A DNA stretch of 64,000 nt from Podarcis pityusensis (Eukaryota), in NCBI GenBank assembly GCA_964106645.2, contig OZ067039.1. One strand, written 5' to 3'. Positions 35,701-50,700 of the stretch are shown in pieces. A model generated the notes under the pieces. That model was not told the origin of the DNA, ran no database searches, and was given only the letters and a program-made list of their open reading frames with translations. Each line of letters opens with the position of its first letter. Position 1 is the stretch's first letter. The translations under genes were made by a program, and so were the position numbers.

Positions 35701-38700
35701 TTTTGTTTTTAAAAAACCGAGTTGATTTTTCAGAAACAGATTGTATTTTGCTGAACATTACTGATGACGAAACTAAACTTTTATTTGTGCACCAGCCATG
35801 AAACTGAACAAATAAACATCTGTTTCAAGAGAAGCTATCTAAAAATTAAAAAATAGTCAGCATTTCATGCCCAAACCTTTTGAGGGAACTGTTTTGGCAG
35901 ATTGCCCTTTATTAAAGATTATTGTCCAAATTATGCCTCTGGTCTTAAGCTACAATTTGAGAGAATGATGATGATACTGAATTTTTTCAGAAAAGTTTTT
36001 AAGAACTATTCTAGGCACCCCAGCTCTCCATGAGTATTTTCTCTGAAGTGAAGTAATACTCGGGGTAGAATTGTATGTGCATTTGAACCTTTTCAAGTAT
36101 TGAACTATATTGCTAATAGATCCAAAGCAGATTCCCCAAAATCTGTTTTACAGAATGTACTCAGCTCAGCCTACCAGTTGCAGTGATGTTTTGATCATGT
36201 GGATTTTTGTTCATGAGTTTTCTCGATTTTGAGCATCCTTTGTAATGCTGGGACTCAAATCCAATAATTCTGTCTTAGCGGGATGGATGGGCTACATGAA
36301 GATGGCCCCATGTTGTGTTTATGTACTAAAATGTTGCTGGAAATTATTTAACTGATACTAACAGTTGTGTTGAGCAACCCAAGTGTTTACCATTCTCACA
36401 TTCTACAAAATACCACATGCAGTTCTGCATTAGAAATATTGGAAATCCCCTTCAGTTTGCACCTTTGTGTGTCATAATTGACTGCATTATTCGTTACTTG
36501 CTTAGTTATTCTACAACTGCAAGTATTGGAAATATAGTTGTCCTCCAGCTGATAAATTTGGTAAAATCTATAAAAGAAGGCCTTTTATAATGAAAATAAG
36601 CAGGCTGCACAGTCACCACATCTTCCTTGGCAAAATTCTTTTTGAGCCTGATGCTCTTGATCTGTTCCTTGGATCAGTGTGGTGGTATTTGCTATGACTC
36701 TTCAATAACAGGAAAGACTCCTGCAGTTATTTGTTCTTTCATCTTATCTGTTTCTGCCTGTTTTGTGTTTTTGTTTTATGCCTGCATTTGTTTGGGTATG
36801 GCCTGTGGCTGAAGCAAATTAACTATACCGTGGTCCCCTCTCTTACTGCCTCATGGCGGCTTGGAGCCAAACCAGATGTGACACAGGATACATGGGGAAC
36901 ATCTGCTGACAGCTCCTGTTCTGTTTTCAGTTGCAGCAGGTTCTAAATTTGATCAAAGCAGTAGTTTGGGATGGTCATGACCCCTTCTTCTTTCACATTT
37001 GTAGGGGAGACATCAGGTCAACTTAATATTTCCTCTTTGGGGAGAAAAATACCCTGGATGGGAGAGTTGGATTTTTTTTTTAGGGCTAAGCATCCCCTTC
37101 CCACTGCTCTGATCAAACATGGAGCTCTCTGTGGCTGCATTAAAGTAACAATCAAAACTGTTGCGATACATTCCATATCATGCCCATAGGGAGCCTAAAC
37201 ATTTTGGGAAGGGGCACCAAAAAAGCAATAGGGCATTTATCTGGTCTGTAGGACTTTTAAAGACAAAATTGTAAACTGTTTTTATTTAGCCTTTAACTGT
37301 ACTGCAACTTGTGTACACTCAAAATATTTCACTAAGCAACTTCAACAATTGCTACTTTTCTTGCAATCAGTTAACAAAAAAGGTAACAAAACAAGAGAAA
37401 CTACTAGTAGAAAGTCAAGAATGAGCTTCAACTGTATTCTTACAGTTTATAACAAAAGTTTTCTTGTTTTCGATGCTGCAAAATGTAGTGAATTGAAGAC
37501 CAATGCTATCGTCATGACGTTACTGCTTAAAAGAGCAAGCTCTGCTTTACATTATTACAGTACTGGCAATAGCTGTGAACCTTAAAAAAAAAAGGGTAAA
37601 GAACCCCTGGATGCTTAAGTCCAGTCAAAGGTGACTATGGGGTTGCGGCATTCATCTTCCCGCCAGAGCGGTACCTATTTATCTACTTGCACTTTGTCGT
37701 GCTTTCAGACTGCTAGGTTGGCAGGAGCTGGGACTGAGCAACGGGAGCTCACCCCGTCATGGGGATTCAAACCGCCAACCAAGGCTCAGTGCTTTAGACC
37801 ACAGCGCCACCCACGTCCCTTGTGAACCTAAAACTAGTGTTAAATTAGGAAAGCAGATTTCAGCTGTTGACATACTGCTTAATGAAAAGACCATGTCCTG
37901 GAAATGCTGTTCCATATTTTGTGAGCTCATATGCAGATTGCACCAACGATGGACGTTCTTCAGTAAGGGATTTTATCAACTCAAGCTCTGATTTCAAGTA
38001 GTCTGGGGTGTGTTTCAGTATTTCAATGAGTGGATTCAAATTGTCCTCATTCAGCGCTTGAGCAAATGTTTGCAAGCTACAGATATAACAGTATTGTATG
38101 TCTCCTTGAATGTGTTTTTTGATTAATAAGTGCAATGGTCAATGACTCACCTAATTGGTGAATTTAGATACTTAAGAAAAAATTGACCAGCTCTATCAAT
38201 CTTCCGTCTTTCCATTTTAATGGAAAGCATCTTACCCTTGTCACATGATGTTTAATGGTAGGCAGATTCTGCTCCAGTACCATCCCAAATAAGAGCATAT
38301 TTAAGAAGAAAAACAAAGGTTGTCATGTTCATTTTCTAAAATAATTTTAATTATCAGTTCATTAAAAGTTAGGGGGTGCAGAGAATTTGGGGGGCAATCT
38401 CCCCTATCCCAACTACAGACCTGCTTCCCATGTCTCCTGCATGACACCTGGGTTGGTGATTCAGGGAGTTAACATGACTTAATTCCATTCCCTTGTGTAA
38501 CCATGTGCCAATCAGCTTGCTATAATGCTACAGTGCTAATGGAAAGGGTATCTGCTTGATTTGGGGCTATTTCCTGTCTCCTCTGGTAGCTCCCCATCTC
38601 ACACCAAAGGCCTTTACTAAGGGTTCTTTGAACCTTTGGAGAAGATTTTTAAGGTCACAGGGAAATATAGTGAGGAGCAGTGGGTTGTGAATTGCCTTGG

Positions 38701-41700
38701 TGTAAGCTTCCCTTCTTTTTGTGCAACCAAGCACTTTTTGTGCAGTAGTGATTGCATACCTTTTTGTTTGACTGTGCAAAATCTTAAACATGTTAGTTCT
38801 TTTTATGGAATTATACCCCATTGTGAACAATGATATGGGGGCTTTATAATTAATGTGAAGCAAATCGGCAAAAATTGCGTATAGTTACTGCTTTTCCTGG
38901 TGGCTTTCTCTCTGCCTTTAACTTGTATCTTCAGGAAAATTTAGTTTCTGTTACTGTAATGTTCGCATTCCTCAATGGCAAGAATATATAGCATTCATTC
39001 AATGATTTTCCTCCTTCCCCAGGTCCTGTACAAAACCCAATGGTGAATTCATCACGCTTACCAGGTGGACAGGGATACAATTCTTTTGTCCCAGGCATGT
39101 ATTCTCAGCAAGCGCCTGCAAAGAACCTGGTGCATACATCTTCTGGACCCTATAACTATGGTGCACCTCAGAACGCTTCACCTTTTAGTAATTATCAGGG
39201 ACCTGGGCAAACTCTTAATCGGCCACCTATTGGATCTGCTTCTCTAGCAACAGCACAACAGGGACCTGTTGCCCAGATGCCTCCTCTATCGCAGAACTCA
39301 GCTGCTGCATCAAGCTCTGCCGGTAGCTTTCATTCTGGAGTTAATCCCCCAGCACACTCAAACTGGCAGTACGGACAGGCTCCTTCAGTTCAGCCAGCAA
39401 TGGGCTCTCAGCCAAACCATTTTGCTCATGCAGGGGCAACTCAGCCATTGTTACCTTCATCAGGGAATACAAATCCATCATCAAGCTATCATATTTCTTC
39501 TGCTGGAGGTCCTCCAGTTCAAAACAGCTATACAAAGCCAGGTAAGAAAAGAAATTCTCCCAATATATTTCTGCAACTGGAGTAGCAAAGAATATTGACT
39601 GTCATTCATCTTGAGCATTCTTGAGTCCAGACTTTTGAAATAATGATGTACTTAAAAGCAATCAATTCTGGAAAAACGAATAAATGTTCTCATGTCTATT
39701 GTGGGTGGAAATCAGTGCTTTTTTTCTGGGGGGATGCAGGGATACGCATACCCCTAAACATTTTGTGAATCTAAGTTTGGCCTCATTGAGGGGCAGTATT
39801 TCAATATGAGTAGGAAAATGAGCGTATCCCTAAACATTTTTAAGATAAAAAGCACTGGGTGAAATTCAACATTGTGCTATTATGATGGTTCCAGTAGTGC
39901 AAGCATTTTGCAACAGACAAGTAGATGCTTCATTGTTGCTGGTATGAGAAAAAGGTGGGTGGGGAGAACACTTTATTCCTGCTACTTCATGGTATATGTT
40001 GTACCTTGTGGCTTTATAGACAGAATGTGTCATATGGATGGGGTTACACCATGTGTAGCTCTTACCTACAGAGTGATTTGTTACACTTGTACGAAACAAA
40101 ATGAACAGGGCTAAACCTGGTGGTGTGGGTAGCCAAATACATTTCACAATATTCACGCTACACTAATTAGCACCAACATTCTAAGTGAACTCCCTCAACC
40201 TGTTCCAGCAGTTTTGTATGACATGATTGCATTGTGATATATTATCACTATATTATTATTGTTATTGTCATTATTCCTGGCCATTCTGCCTAACGAAGAC
40301 TTCTGTGCATATTCCTACACCTGCTCTTTGGATCAATATGCAGATTGTATTGAAAAAGGGAGTAGAATGAGTTTGGCTTTGAATTGTATTAAGGTTACCT
40401 AAAATATCCCTCATGTAGAAGAAATTTAATGCACTTATTAAACCCTCTTGGTTGGTTCTGTAAAAAAAAAAAACAACTAATCAGAAGCAATGTTGATTCT
40501 ATGTTCTGATGATTCTTGCAGGTTCTGTTCCTCTTCCAGGTAATCAGCTAACATATTCGCCAGTTAGACCTCCTTTAGGACCTCCTCCAGTTAGCAGTCC
40601 AGCCTCTACACGGCCCATGGCTCCTCCAGCAAGCATGACACCCCAAGCTTTACAAAATTCATCAAATACACAAGGAGGTAAGGAATTGATCCTGTAATAA
40701 GGAAATGTTATTTAATGTTACTACTAAAGATTAGTAGGGTATCAGTGTTGCTCTATTAAACAGCAAAAACAAGAGTTTTGTTGCACCATAATATATTTAT
40801 ACAGGTATAAGCTCTTAAAGGCAAGTGTATAGATCCGGAGGTGTGTAGGGGATGGGTGGGATTAAAGATGGCATTAAAAATCTAAAAGGACAGTACTGTA
40901 TAGTCTTAGCAATTCAATTAGAATTTAAATTAGCTTTCCTCAACCTCGTGCCCTCCGGATGTTGTTGAACTACAGCTCCTCTAATCCCTTACTATTGGTC
41001 ATGGCTGGAATTGATGGAAGTTATAGTTCAACAACCTCTGGAGTGACCATTGACAACCTCTGGAGTGACCAACAGCAGTCAGGGGACCCTCCCACATGGC
41101 ATGGGTGGAAGGAATCGGCAGAAATCAGGGTTGGGTATCTCTACTTTTAATGTTGTCCATAGCCTTGCCCTACCCTCTTTCAGCTCTTGTTATATCTTGA
41201 ATGTTATAACTTGGATGTTGTTGCTTATGTATTAAAACAGTATTATATGGAAGGAAATCTATGCAAGATTCTGAAATCCTAAATGGTTACTAGGGAGTAA
41301 ACCCTATTGAGTTATCATGCATAGGACTGCATTGATTTATCGTAAACTTGAGGTGACAGTCTTTATCCATTCATAACTTCCAAATCACTCTTATTTTTCT
41401 AAAATAAGAAATATTCATCTGGTTCAAGTCTGATCAAAGGAATCTGGAGGGAAGAACAGGTCACCTTTGTTTTCAAAATAGGCCAGAATAATGAAATCCT
41501 GGCTGCAAGTATCTTTGAATACTCTTAAGCAGCTTTGCTTTTCAAATAGTTATCCCTTAGGATCTGACTTAAACTCAGAGTGTTATTTTACGTGCCAAAA
41601 AGCTTATGCCTTACTGGATTTATAGGACTACTGTTAACCTTACTTCTGCAGTACTACACGACAGAGGCCAAGGGGTAGCCACCAATTTTATCAGGCTGTG

Positions 41701-44700
41701 TATTTCTATATTTACATGTTTCTGTACCAGAAAGTGCATTTAGAAAGAGTCTGTTAAAGGTGACTTCTACACATCCCTTCTCTCATCATTCATGTAAGCA
41801 TGCTGCAGAAAGGTAGCCTGATGAATTGTGGATATTGTACTGTTTGAATGGGTAGAATTGTCATGTAGGGTGACTGAAGAATTATTTTCCCAACTGAGAA
41901 AAGCTGTATATAACGGGGATTATTTAACCTTAACAACATTTAACCTTTGCATATCATCCATAATTGTTTTTAGTGGTAAATGACCAATAAGCAAGAACTA
42001 CACAAGTACTAGATTTAAGCATTTGCTTTTAACAGATGCCTTTCTTGGCAGGTGATCCTGCATCCACTGCCAGTGATGGATTGTTGGTCCAGAACAATTA
42101 TGATACAATAGAAGGAGGAGGCTTCTTGGGTAAGACATACTTTCTTCAATTTATCAGCCATCTCATTGCTACTTCATGACAGCAGCTTCCTGCCTCTTCC
42201 ATTGCTTAAATGTAAATATATGGAGAGTTAACTGTTTCAGACATTCTGAACCTAAACACATGGGCCTGTTTAATATCCATGCAATGGTGTGACAGGTAGG
42301 CCTTTGGGTGAAAAGATTTATAAGCCTTCTGGTGCAAGAGACTGAAGTCTGTAATAGTTTGGCCTCTGCTCTTTAGCCATGCCTATTTTTTAATGAACAC
42401 TGTGATGCTTTTTTGGGGGGGAACCGTTTTACTTGTTTTATAAAGGTAGAAACTACTGGGCTTGTTTGATTATATTGTAACCTGCCTTGGGATCTTATGA
42501 TAGAACGGCAGTAAGAAACATTATGAATACATTTTTGTTTTAGAAAGTGAACATAACATATGTAGATTATACATTGTGTAAAGCTAAGTCCACTTTAAGT
42601 TGAATGACTTCCTTTTAATTTTAATAAACTTTAATAATTTAACTGGTAAGATTAATATTCCTGAAAGTATTAAGTCACTCACTGAACTCATGTTATATTG
42701 GGCAAGACGATAAATTCTTGACTACAGGGGAAAATTGCGAATTATAGTTAAGACCTCCTAGTGCTGCTTGAGGACATAATTGGTTAAACACAAAGCATGA
42801 AGACAAACAGGCAAATGGAATCAGTTGACACTTGCAGAACTACAGTCACTAGGCTACTGTTGGCAAATCAGGAGCTGAAACATGTTTCCTTTTCCTGATT
42901 GGCTAATTAATGAAAACCCTCTGGCCATATACAGTATTCCTAAATTAAGACTAGCAAGTTAGAAATGGAAATACTTCAGTTCTGTTTAATGTTAGATTGT
43001 AATGATATTGTTGCTGCTGTATGCCCTATCCAAGTGCATGCTGCAATGCAAGCCTTAGGTCTTCTTTAAACCACATATCCTGCAGAGTTGTTCACTCAGA
43101 AAGTGTTTTTACTTCAGTTACAGCAGTGTATGGGTTGTATTGATTATTGGGAGCTTGTGGCCCTCCAGATGTTGCTGGACTGGGGGGGCGTATCTCATCC
43201 TTGACCATTGGCCATACTGACTGGAACTGACAGGAGTTGTAGTCCAGCAACATCTGGACTCACAGTTGCAGGTTCCTCATTACTGAGCTAGAGTTTTAAA
43301 GAACGTGTAAAGTGGTGTGCATATTGGTGTTGCTATATAGAAAAAAATATATGAAGAGAGTTCCACATTGTTACGACTGGAATGTTAGTGTTATTGCTTG
43401 CATTTTAATGAGTACCTTCTTCTTTTAGCAACTGCACATCCCCCTTCTGCTCCTCAGAATCTTAAAACAAACAGACATGTTGGGAGTGCTTATCCCACCT
43501 TGCCACCAGGCTACCAGAATGCATCTCCATCTGCAGAACCAAGAATGCAGTATCCAGGTGGATCACCACAGTTTCCTCAAGTAAATCTTTAAAATCTTAC
43601 TAAAATGTTAACTATGTAAGCTATCTTGGGAGTTCATTGAGCTGCCTTGAGCACTATTTGTTGGGGGGGGCACAGAATGAAAATTTAACTAATAAATACA
43701 TTTACATAAATACATTGCTGACTTTGAAAGTCAGCCTTCTTTATTCCAGAGAGCTTGAGTGAGTCCAATATCTATACCAATTGAGAATTCTGGGTACATT
43801 ATTTTTCCACCAGTCTTTTCTGCATTTATAATAATCAACAATCAAGCATTGTTGCTTGATATTGTAAAAGAAAATTGTCTGAAATATGTGTTCCAAAAAT
43901 TATTTAAAGCACAAAGAGATCAGATGAGGCCTTTCATTTCCAGTTTGGCTCTTAGTTCAAACAGCATTTTAGGCAAGATCAACTTCTACTTAAACGCTCT
44001 AGTGCAAGTGGTCTGCAAACATAGCATTCCTCCATCCAGTTGATATGAATGAATTTTAAAGGTGACTCAAACGGCTAATCTTGCAATTCTGTTTTCATTA
44101 GCCTGGCCTGGGAGCAAATTCCTTAGCTGCATCTATGGGTGGACTGAGCCTTCAACCAGAAGGATTAAGACCTATTAATCTTCTTCAAGACAGAAATATT
44201 CTCCCTGCAACCCCTTTGCAAGCACCTATTCCGAACTTGCATGAAGATATCCAGAAGGTCAACTGTAATCCAGAGTAAGGCCAATTTAAAAATTATTTAT
44301 TTTGAGGGTTGGGGGAAGGAAGACTCTTCACTTTCATATGTCCTGAAGGTGTGTCTGTCTGCTGTTGAGAGCTTAGTCAATAGCTGGCATGTAGCCTGTG
44401 ATTGCTTTTCAAGTAGGATTAATAGTAAACAGAAGAACACTTCTGTAGATACCCTCTTCAGAGTGTGTCCCTGTGGTTTTCACCTGGGGTATTATAAACT
44501 ATATTTAGATTTTGCATTTGTTGGTGGTTGTCACACCGCATAAAACTGAATCTGAGCTTATTGCTTGACTGAAACATTACGTAAGAGAGGGTCATAAGGA
44601 AAACTATCTGTCCTGATCAGGAAGGGGTGATGCATGCAATTAATAGTGACTTTCACCGTTTGTCCCTCATGTAGGTTATTCCGATGTACCTTGACTAACA

Positions 44701-47700
44701 TTCCTCAAACTCAGGCCTTACTGAACAAAGCCAAACTTCCTTTGGGGCTCCTGCTTCATCCTTTCAAAGACCTATCGGTATGATACATTATGTAAAACTC
44801 TGAGTGATGGGGAGTTGGCTTTCAGAATAAGGCATTCAAATAATCCTCCAAACAATATTTGGAGGATGGAGTGTAAGCGCTGTGCACATGCATTCTCCCC
44901 ACATCCCATTTCTCCTGTAGGGCTTGAATCAAATGGTGTGGCCAGTACCTACAAATTGGGATTGCAAACCAGGATAGATCCTTTTACACAGTATCACCCA
45001 AAGTGACAGTTCAGTGGTTTGGGTGGCACTGCAGCTTGTGGTTTGGTTCAATACAGAAAGTAAGGAATTAGGCCCTATGTGCAAGGGAAGGAAGAAGTGT
45101 GCTCAAATTCCCCCAAACCATTGTTTTAGAAGATCATATGGCTGCAGCCAGTATAAATGGTTTTGTTAGCCTTGCCCTAGAAAAATAACATTTCCTGCAA
45201 GATGACATTTCAGAGCCCCACTTGAAAGGAGCTTTGTTAATGGAGACCTTCCCATTCTTCAACATCTTATCTATACCCTTGTGGTAGTAACTTTGTGCAT
45301 CATTCAGCACTGAAGCCTTCAAAAGCCGTATGGTGTTAGGTTTATTCTTAACAGATATTTCAGTTGCTAATCTTTAAATCAAAGAGTGCATTCAAAATCC
45401 GCCTTTCCCTGATTTTTAACCTGCTGTGAATAGGTTGCTGTTTGCAAATAGGTAGAGGGTTTCTAGGCTGGGGAATAACTACTTGATCCTAGTGGGAAAT
45501 GATTGTGGCATCGGTTGTTATCATTGTAGACAGCCACGCTACCCTGTTTTCTTATAATGGGTTTCCTTTTTATGTAAATGTACATTTGAATGTGACCTTA
45601 CAGGATTAAGTTTAATACTCCAGTTTAAGAATATGCTGGTAAGGGGACTAGTGGCCAAAACTAAATAGCACTTCCTGATCAAAGGAGGGATTGTGATTGT
45701 ATCCTGCAAAGTAATTGCACCAGTGGAACAACATCCTCTTGCAATGGAATTTCCCTTCCCTCTCCTCCTCCTACAACTGCCCCAGTTTGCTCTGGGGTTT
45801 TTCAAACCCTCTGCAGCAGTTGATGGGGGGTAAGGAAGGAGAGGGAAGGGAAGTTCTGTGGGACAAGCAAAGTTGTACCATTAGATACAACCCTAGTAGT
45901 CCTTCTGCTTCCATTTCACTGCAGCAATAAACTTAACTTTGTGCATTGTCACTTAAGATATTTTTTTGCTTGTAAAACTGGTGATTTAACATAATAATAT
46001 GGTGGTACCCAGTCTTGTAAAACCATTCCCCCTCCCAGAGCATGATTTATGTATCTCTCAGTGTCAAATAAAACACTGGGCTGCAGTTAAAATAATTGTT
46101 GTTATCACACATGTGGAAACCCACCTTCAGCTTAGTGCTTAGACCATTGCACCATATCTGTTTACATCTGGGCCAGAGGTAGGCACCCAAATTACTCAAG
46201 GTGGCTAGTGCATTCCCAACACATGACTTACAAAAGCATTCCTCTTTTCCAGCAATTGCCTGTGGTAACCTCCAGTACAATTGTGAGATGTCGTAGCTGT
46301 AGGACATACATCAATCCTTTTGTCAGCTTTCTTGACCAAAGGAGATGGAAGTGCAATTTATGTTACAGAGTGAATGATGGTGAGTTTTCTTTGTCAAATG
46401 AGCATAAATCCACTAAAAGCATCAACTGTATTGATATCAGATACCTGCTGTATGTTAATATGCTACCTGATTCCAGTGGGACATAATTGTATCAATTGCT
46501 AGCTCTTTCAAGGGTTTAGTGCTTGCGGGTGTAACATGTTAGGGGGATAAATTTTATGTGATAACCCTAGAGAATGCTAGGTGTGCGACTATATCTAGAA
46601 TATTCAATCCCTAGAATGCTTGTATCTTGTAGTAAAGCACTATATTTTTCCCCCTCTTGCAGTTCCTGAAGAATTTATGTACAATCCTGTGACAAGAGTT
46701 TATGGAGAACCTCATAAAAGACCTGAAGTTCAAAATGCCACAATTGAGTTTATGGCTCCTTCTGAATATATGGTGAGGTCCTTTACCCAAGCTAGCTGCC
46801 TGCTATAATAACCCAATTAAAAACAGCTTCTGTTCAGTAGAAGTCCCTATTCCCTTCCCTGTCTTTTACCTGCAAAGCAGGGCTTTCAAAGTGACTACCC
46901 CGTTCTGTGGAATAGCATCCCTGTTGAGGTACAACAGGTGTCCACTATCTGTACTTTGGGAGTCAACTGAAGACCTTTTTGATATGACAGCCTTTTCCAG
47001 ATGGATGAAAAGGTGCCTTGGGTTTAAAAACAAATCAGGGAAACACCTATCTTCAGGGCGTGGGTGGGGGTTGTATTTTTTATTATTAAAAAAATAGCTG
47101 TTTTTATGGTATGCATGGAAATCATCTGGCAAAACATGTAAAATGCAATTTATAAATAATAAAAATATAAAAGTAAATCAAGGTAAGTGTACTGCTTTAG
47201 GAATGCTTTAGGAGAACTTAGTATAGTTCTCATTTTGATTATATTGCACTGTATTAGTCTAGGATAAATGGCTGTGATCCACACAGTGCCAAGCATAAGC
47301 ATAAGTGCTTATGTTTTCAGTAATGAGGGATTACCCATTTTTCTTTGACTATAGCATTCACACCATGTTGAATGCTGTTCCCTGGTGGTGTCCTTGCCAT
47401 CAGGAACGGTTCCCCCCGTGTGTGTGTGTGTGTGTGTGTGTGCAGAAGGGAGCACAGATAAGCCCTGGAGAACATACAGCACACCAAATCTATCTCATGG
47501 ATGCTGCCCACTGAATACAGCTTTTTTTGTAAAATTGCAAGCCTATTGCCTGTAAATGCAATAAACTGGTTTGTATTTACTCTGTTAAACTTCCATGATA
47601 GAATTGTGACCCATAAGTTTATCTGGCTTGGTTATCAGGCATAGCCTTTCTCTGTCTGAATATGACACCAAGAAAAGGAATGAAAATCCTCTCAAATAAA

Positions 47701-50700
47701 GATGTTCATTTTTAGTAGAAAAAAACACCTAAGACACCCCAACATTACATATTTTAAAATGCTTCCAGACCACCCTTCAGTAATTGAGATACCAGGGTGT
47801 CATACAAAGACAAATAAAGCAAATTCATTATAATGCAATGGAGGATAAAACAACAAATTCGTACATAAAAACAATGGCAAGCAGAACAGGTTGGATACTA
47901 ATCAACTTTAAAACTTCACAAAGCCTCGGATCTGGTACCACAACAGGGAAGGCTCTGTCCCTCATTGTCACAAAATGAACTTAACCCAGAGATGAGTCAG
48001 GAAGACAAGCCATGTGTATTGTGCCTTCCAAGGAAAAGATGATCCATAAAATATTTTTTTCAAAGAACAACTGCTTGTTGTTCCTTGAGACTAGCCTCAG
48101 AATTTCAAAACATATTTGAAACCTTGGACATGATTGGGACAGGACATGGGATAATATTGGATGTCAGCACACATAGCTATAGCTGAGTATTCCAAATGTG
48201 TGAGAAATTTGGTTTCCTCTCCCACATTCCATTCCTGGTAAATATATTTCAATTGATGGATGAAAACACACAATGCCTGGTTGTTCTCAGTTTGGTTTTT
48301 CCCCCTCCTCCAGCAAAAACCTACCTTTTCCAATTGTGCTTCTAATTTTAATTTAAAATCAACTAAGAGTAGTGTCGTGACAAGGTTTAGAAATTTAAAC
48401 TAAGGTAACTGTTTCTTTTTCAGCTACGTCCACCTCAGCCTCCTGTGTACCTCTTTGTGTTTGATGTGTCACATAATGCAATAGAAACAGGATACTTGAA
48501 CACTGTATGCAAGACCGTGTTGGACAATCTAGATTTGTAAGTCCTGCACATCTTTTCACTCTGTCCATATAGTTTTTAACGTTCATGTCATTGTCAAGTT
48601 TGGTCCAATCCTTTCATGTGCCAGACCTGAAAAAAAATCAGTTGATGTTATTTCAAGCTGCCATTTTCATAATATGCACTTTACGCACTTACTGTGAATT
48701 TCAGGTACCAAATTTGTATTCATCACTGAACAATTTACATTCTCAAGCTCATTGTATTAAAAACCCCAATTTGCTGCACTGTATTTCTTTTCATTAAAGC
48801 AGCTAAAGGACTTTAGTTTCTTGTGGTACTGTACTGGATTTCAAAAGAATATATTCAAGAAGCACATTCACGCAAATAACGAATGTAGGTACTTTGTAGA
48901 GGCATTCTGATTAGGAACATTGTGCTTTTGTATTGTTTTTTCAATAAACAAATGTAAATATTTTGGTGTAACAAATGAAATCTTTATAGAACCTACAATG
49001 CATTTCAGATATGCTTGGAATAACCTAACCTAGATCCAACCCATTCCAATTTTTTTCTCCTTGCAAGATTATTTTTCCTTAGTGTGGAGCCTTGCATGGT
49101 GATATGTTTTTGTTACCTTAATAAAATCAGCATAAGGTTTTAATCTACTACATTGAATGCTGCCACCCTGAATGACATTTTGATAGCCGTTTGCAACAAA
49201 AATGAAGCATTAACCAAAGGGTAATGCATTACAAGCATTTATTCCCAAATAAAATACATCTATCTGACATGAATGTGCACCTAGGGCCTTATTAAACATG
49301 ATACCAAGTTTCTATGTTTAATTTTCAGACTTCCAGGAAACACTAGAACAAAAATAGGCTTTATAACATTTGACAGCACAATCCATTTCTATAGCCTTCA
49401 GGAAGGTCTCTCTCAGCCCCAGATGTTGATAGTTTCAGATATTGAAGGTAAGTAGAAATAATCTGTAGCATTGGATTTATGAAGTGTGCTTTTATGAAGT
49501 ATGCTTTGTGATTCCTAGAATCAGAACTGGTGTAATAGACTTGCTGCTGTAGAGGTGCAGGGAGGCTGCTCATTCACTTGGTTCCTCAGATATTACAGCC
49601 CCTTTCAAAAGAAAGGACAACTTTATTGACTGTCTCCTGTCATTTGTCTACCCCAATAAAGGGAAAATTGGGGCACTGCTGCTTCCTGAAAAGGCTGCCT
49701 GAGTCAGCACATGGGACATCCTTGTGCCATTGCCACCTCAGAAGCTGCTTTTTTCAGTTTGGGTCAAACCACCTTTTTGACAAGAATGGGATGGAGCACC
49801 TCACTTGCCACTCTCAAGGCTTTTGCATCTTCATTTTTATCCATTTCTGTGTTCATTAAACAACTTTTTACCTGGGCTTTCTAATTGTTGGGGGGGTCAT
49901 TCATTCCTCTTGGGAGGGACATCAAAGTTGTTGGTCTTGCCTTTGAGTGGAGAATGGGTTAACTGCTTCCTGCTGACATACAAGAATGGAACTTTGCAGT
50001 AAAACCAACTTTTCATTTTCTTGCAGAGGTGCCTGTGTGTGTGTGTGTGTGTGTGTGGAGGGAAATTGCTAAAGCAGCTAAACCAACCAGTTCTTCTAAA
50101 GCATTTTTCTCAGTGGACAGTCTAAAGATGCCCAGTTGCATACCATATCCTTGACTGAAGTGTCTGTTGCTGTGGAAGTCTGATATCTCCTTCCCACCTG
50201 CCTGGACTATTATGAAGAGAATGCTTTACAAGCACTTAATGCATTTCGTAGATGTGGGGAATATTTAAGAATACTTCTGAAACAGTCAAACTGATTCAGA
50301 GAGCTTTCATCGCATTTTTGTTTTTCTTGTAGAAGTGTTTATCCCAATGCCGGAAAACCTACTAGTAAACTTAAATGAAAGTAAAGAGGTAAGATTAATA
50401 CTGTGCAGTCATTATGCAAGTATATGTTTAAAACAGATGTCATTTAACTCTGTCCTTTTGATCATTTCCCCCTAGCCCTTATAAGGCTATGAGCTAAAGT
50501 TTTCCCCCCCACTCCAGTTGATTGGTTGCGCAAATATGTACAGTGCAAAGTTCTTTGGCAACTGACTAGGCAACATCTCTTCTAAGAACAGAATAAATGA
50601 TAAAACCGCTAATCTGAATTTGAGGGAGTGGGGGGAGCTGACTTCTAAAACTTTAACAGTTATACTTGAACATGTTCAGTTGAAATCCTTTTAAATCAGT

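Noticed and set aside
35761-35775. CTGATGACGAAAC as a second hammerhead
   Set aside because: No stem II between CTGATGA and GAAA
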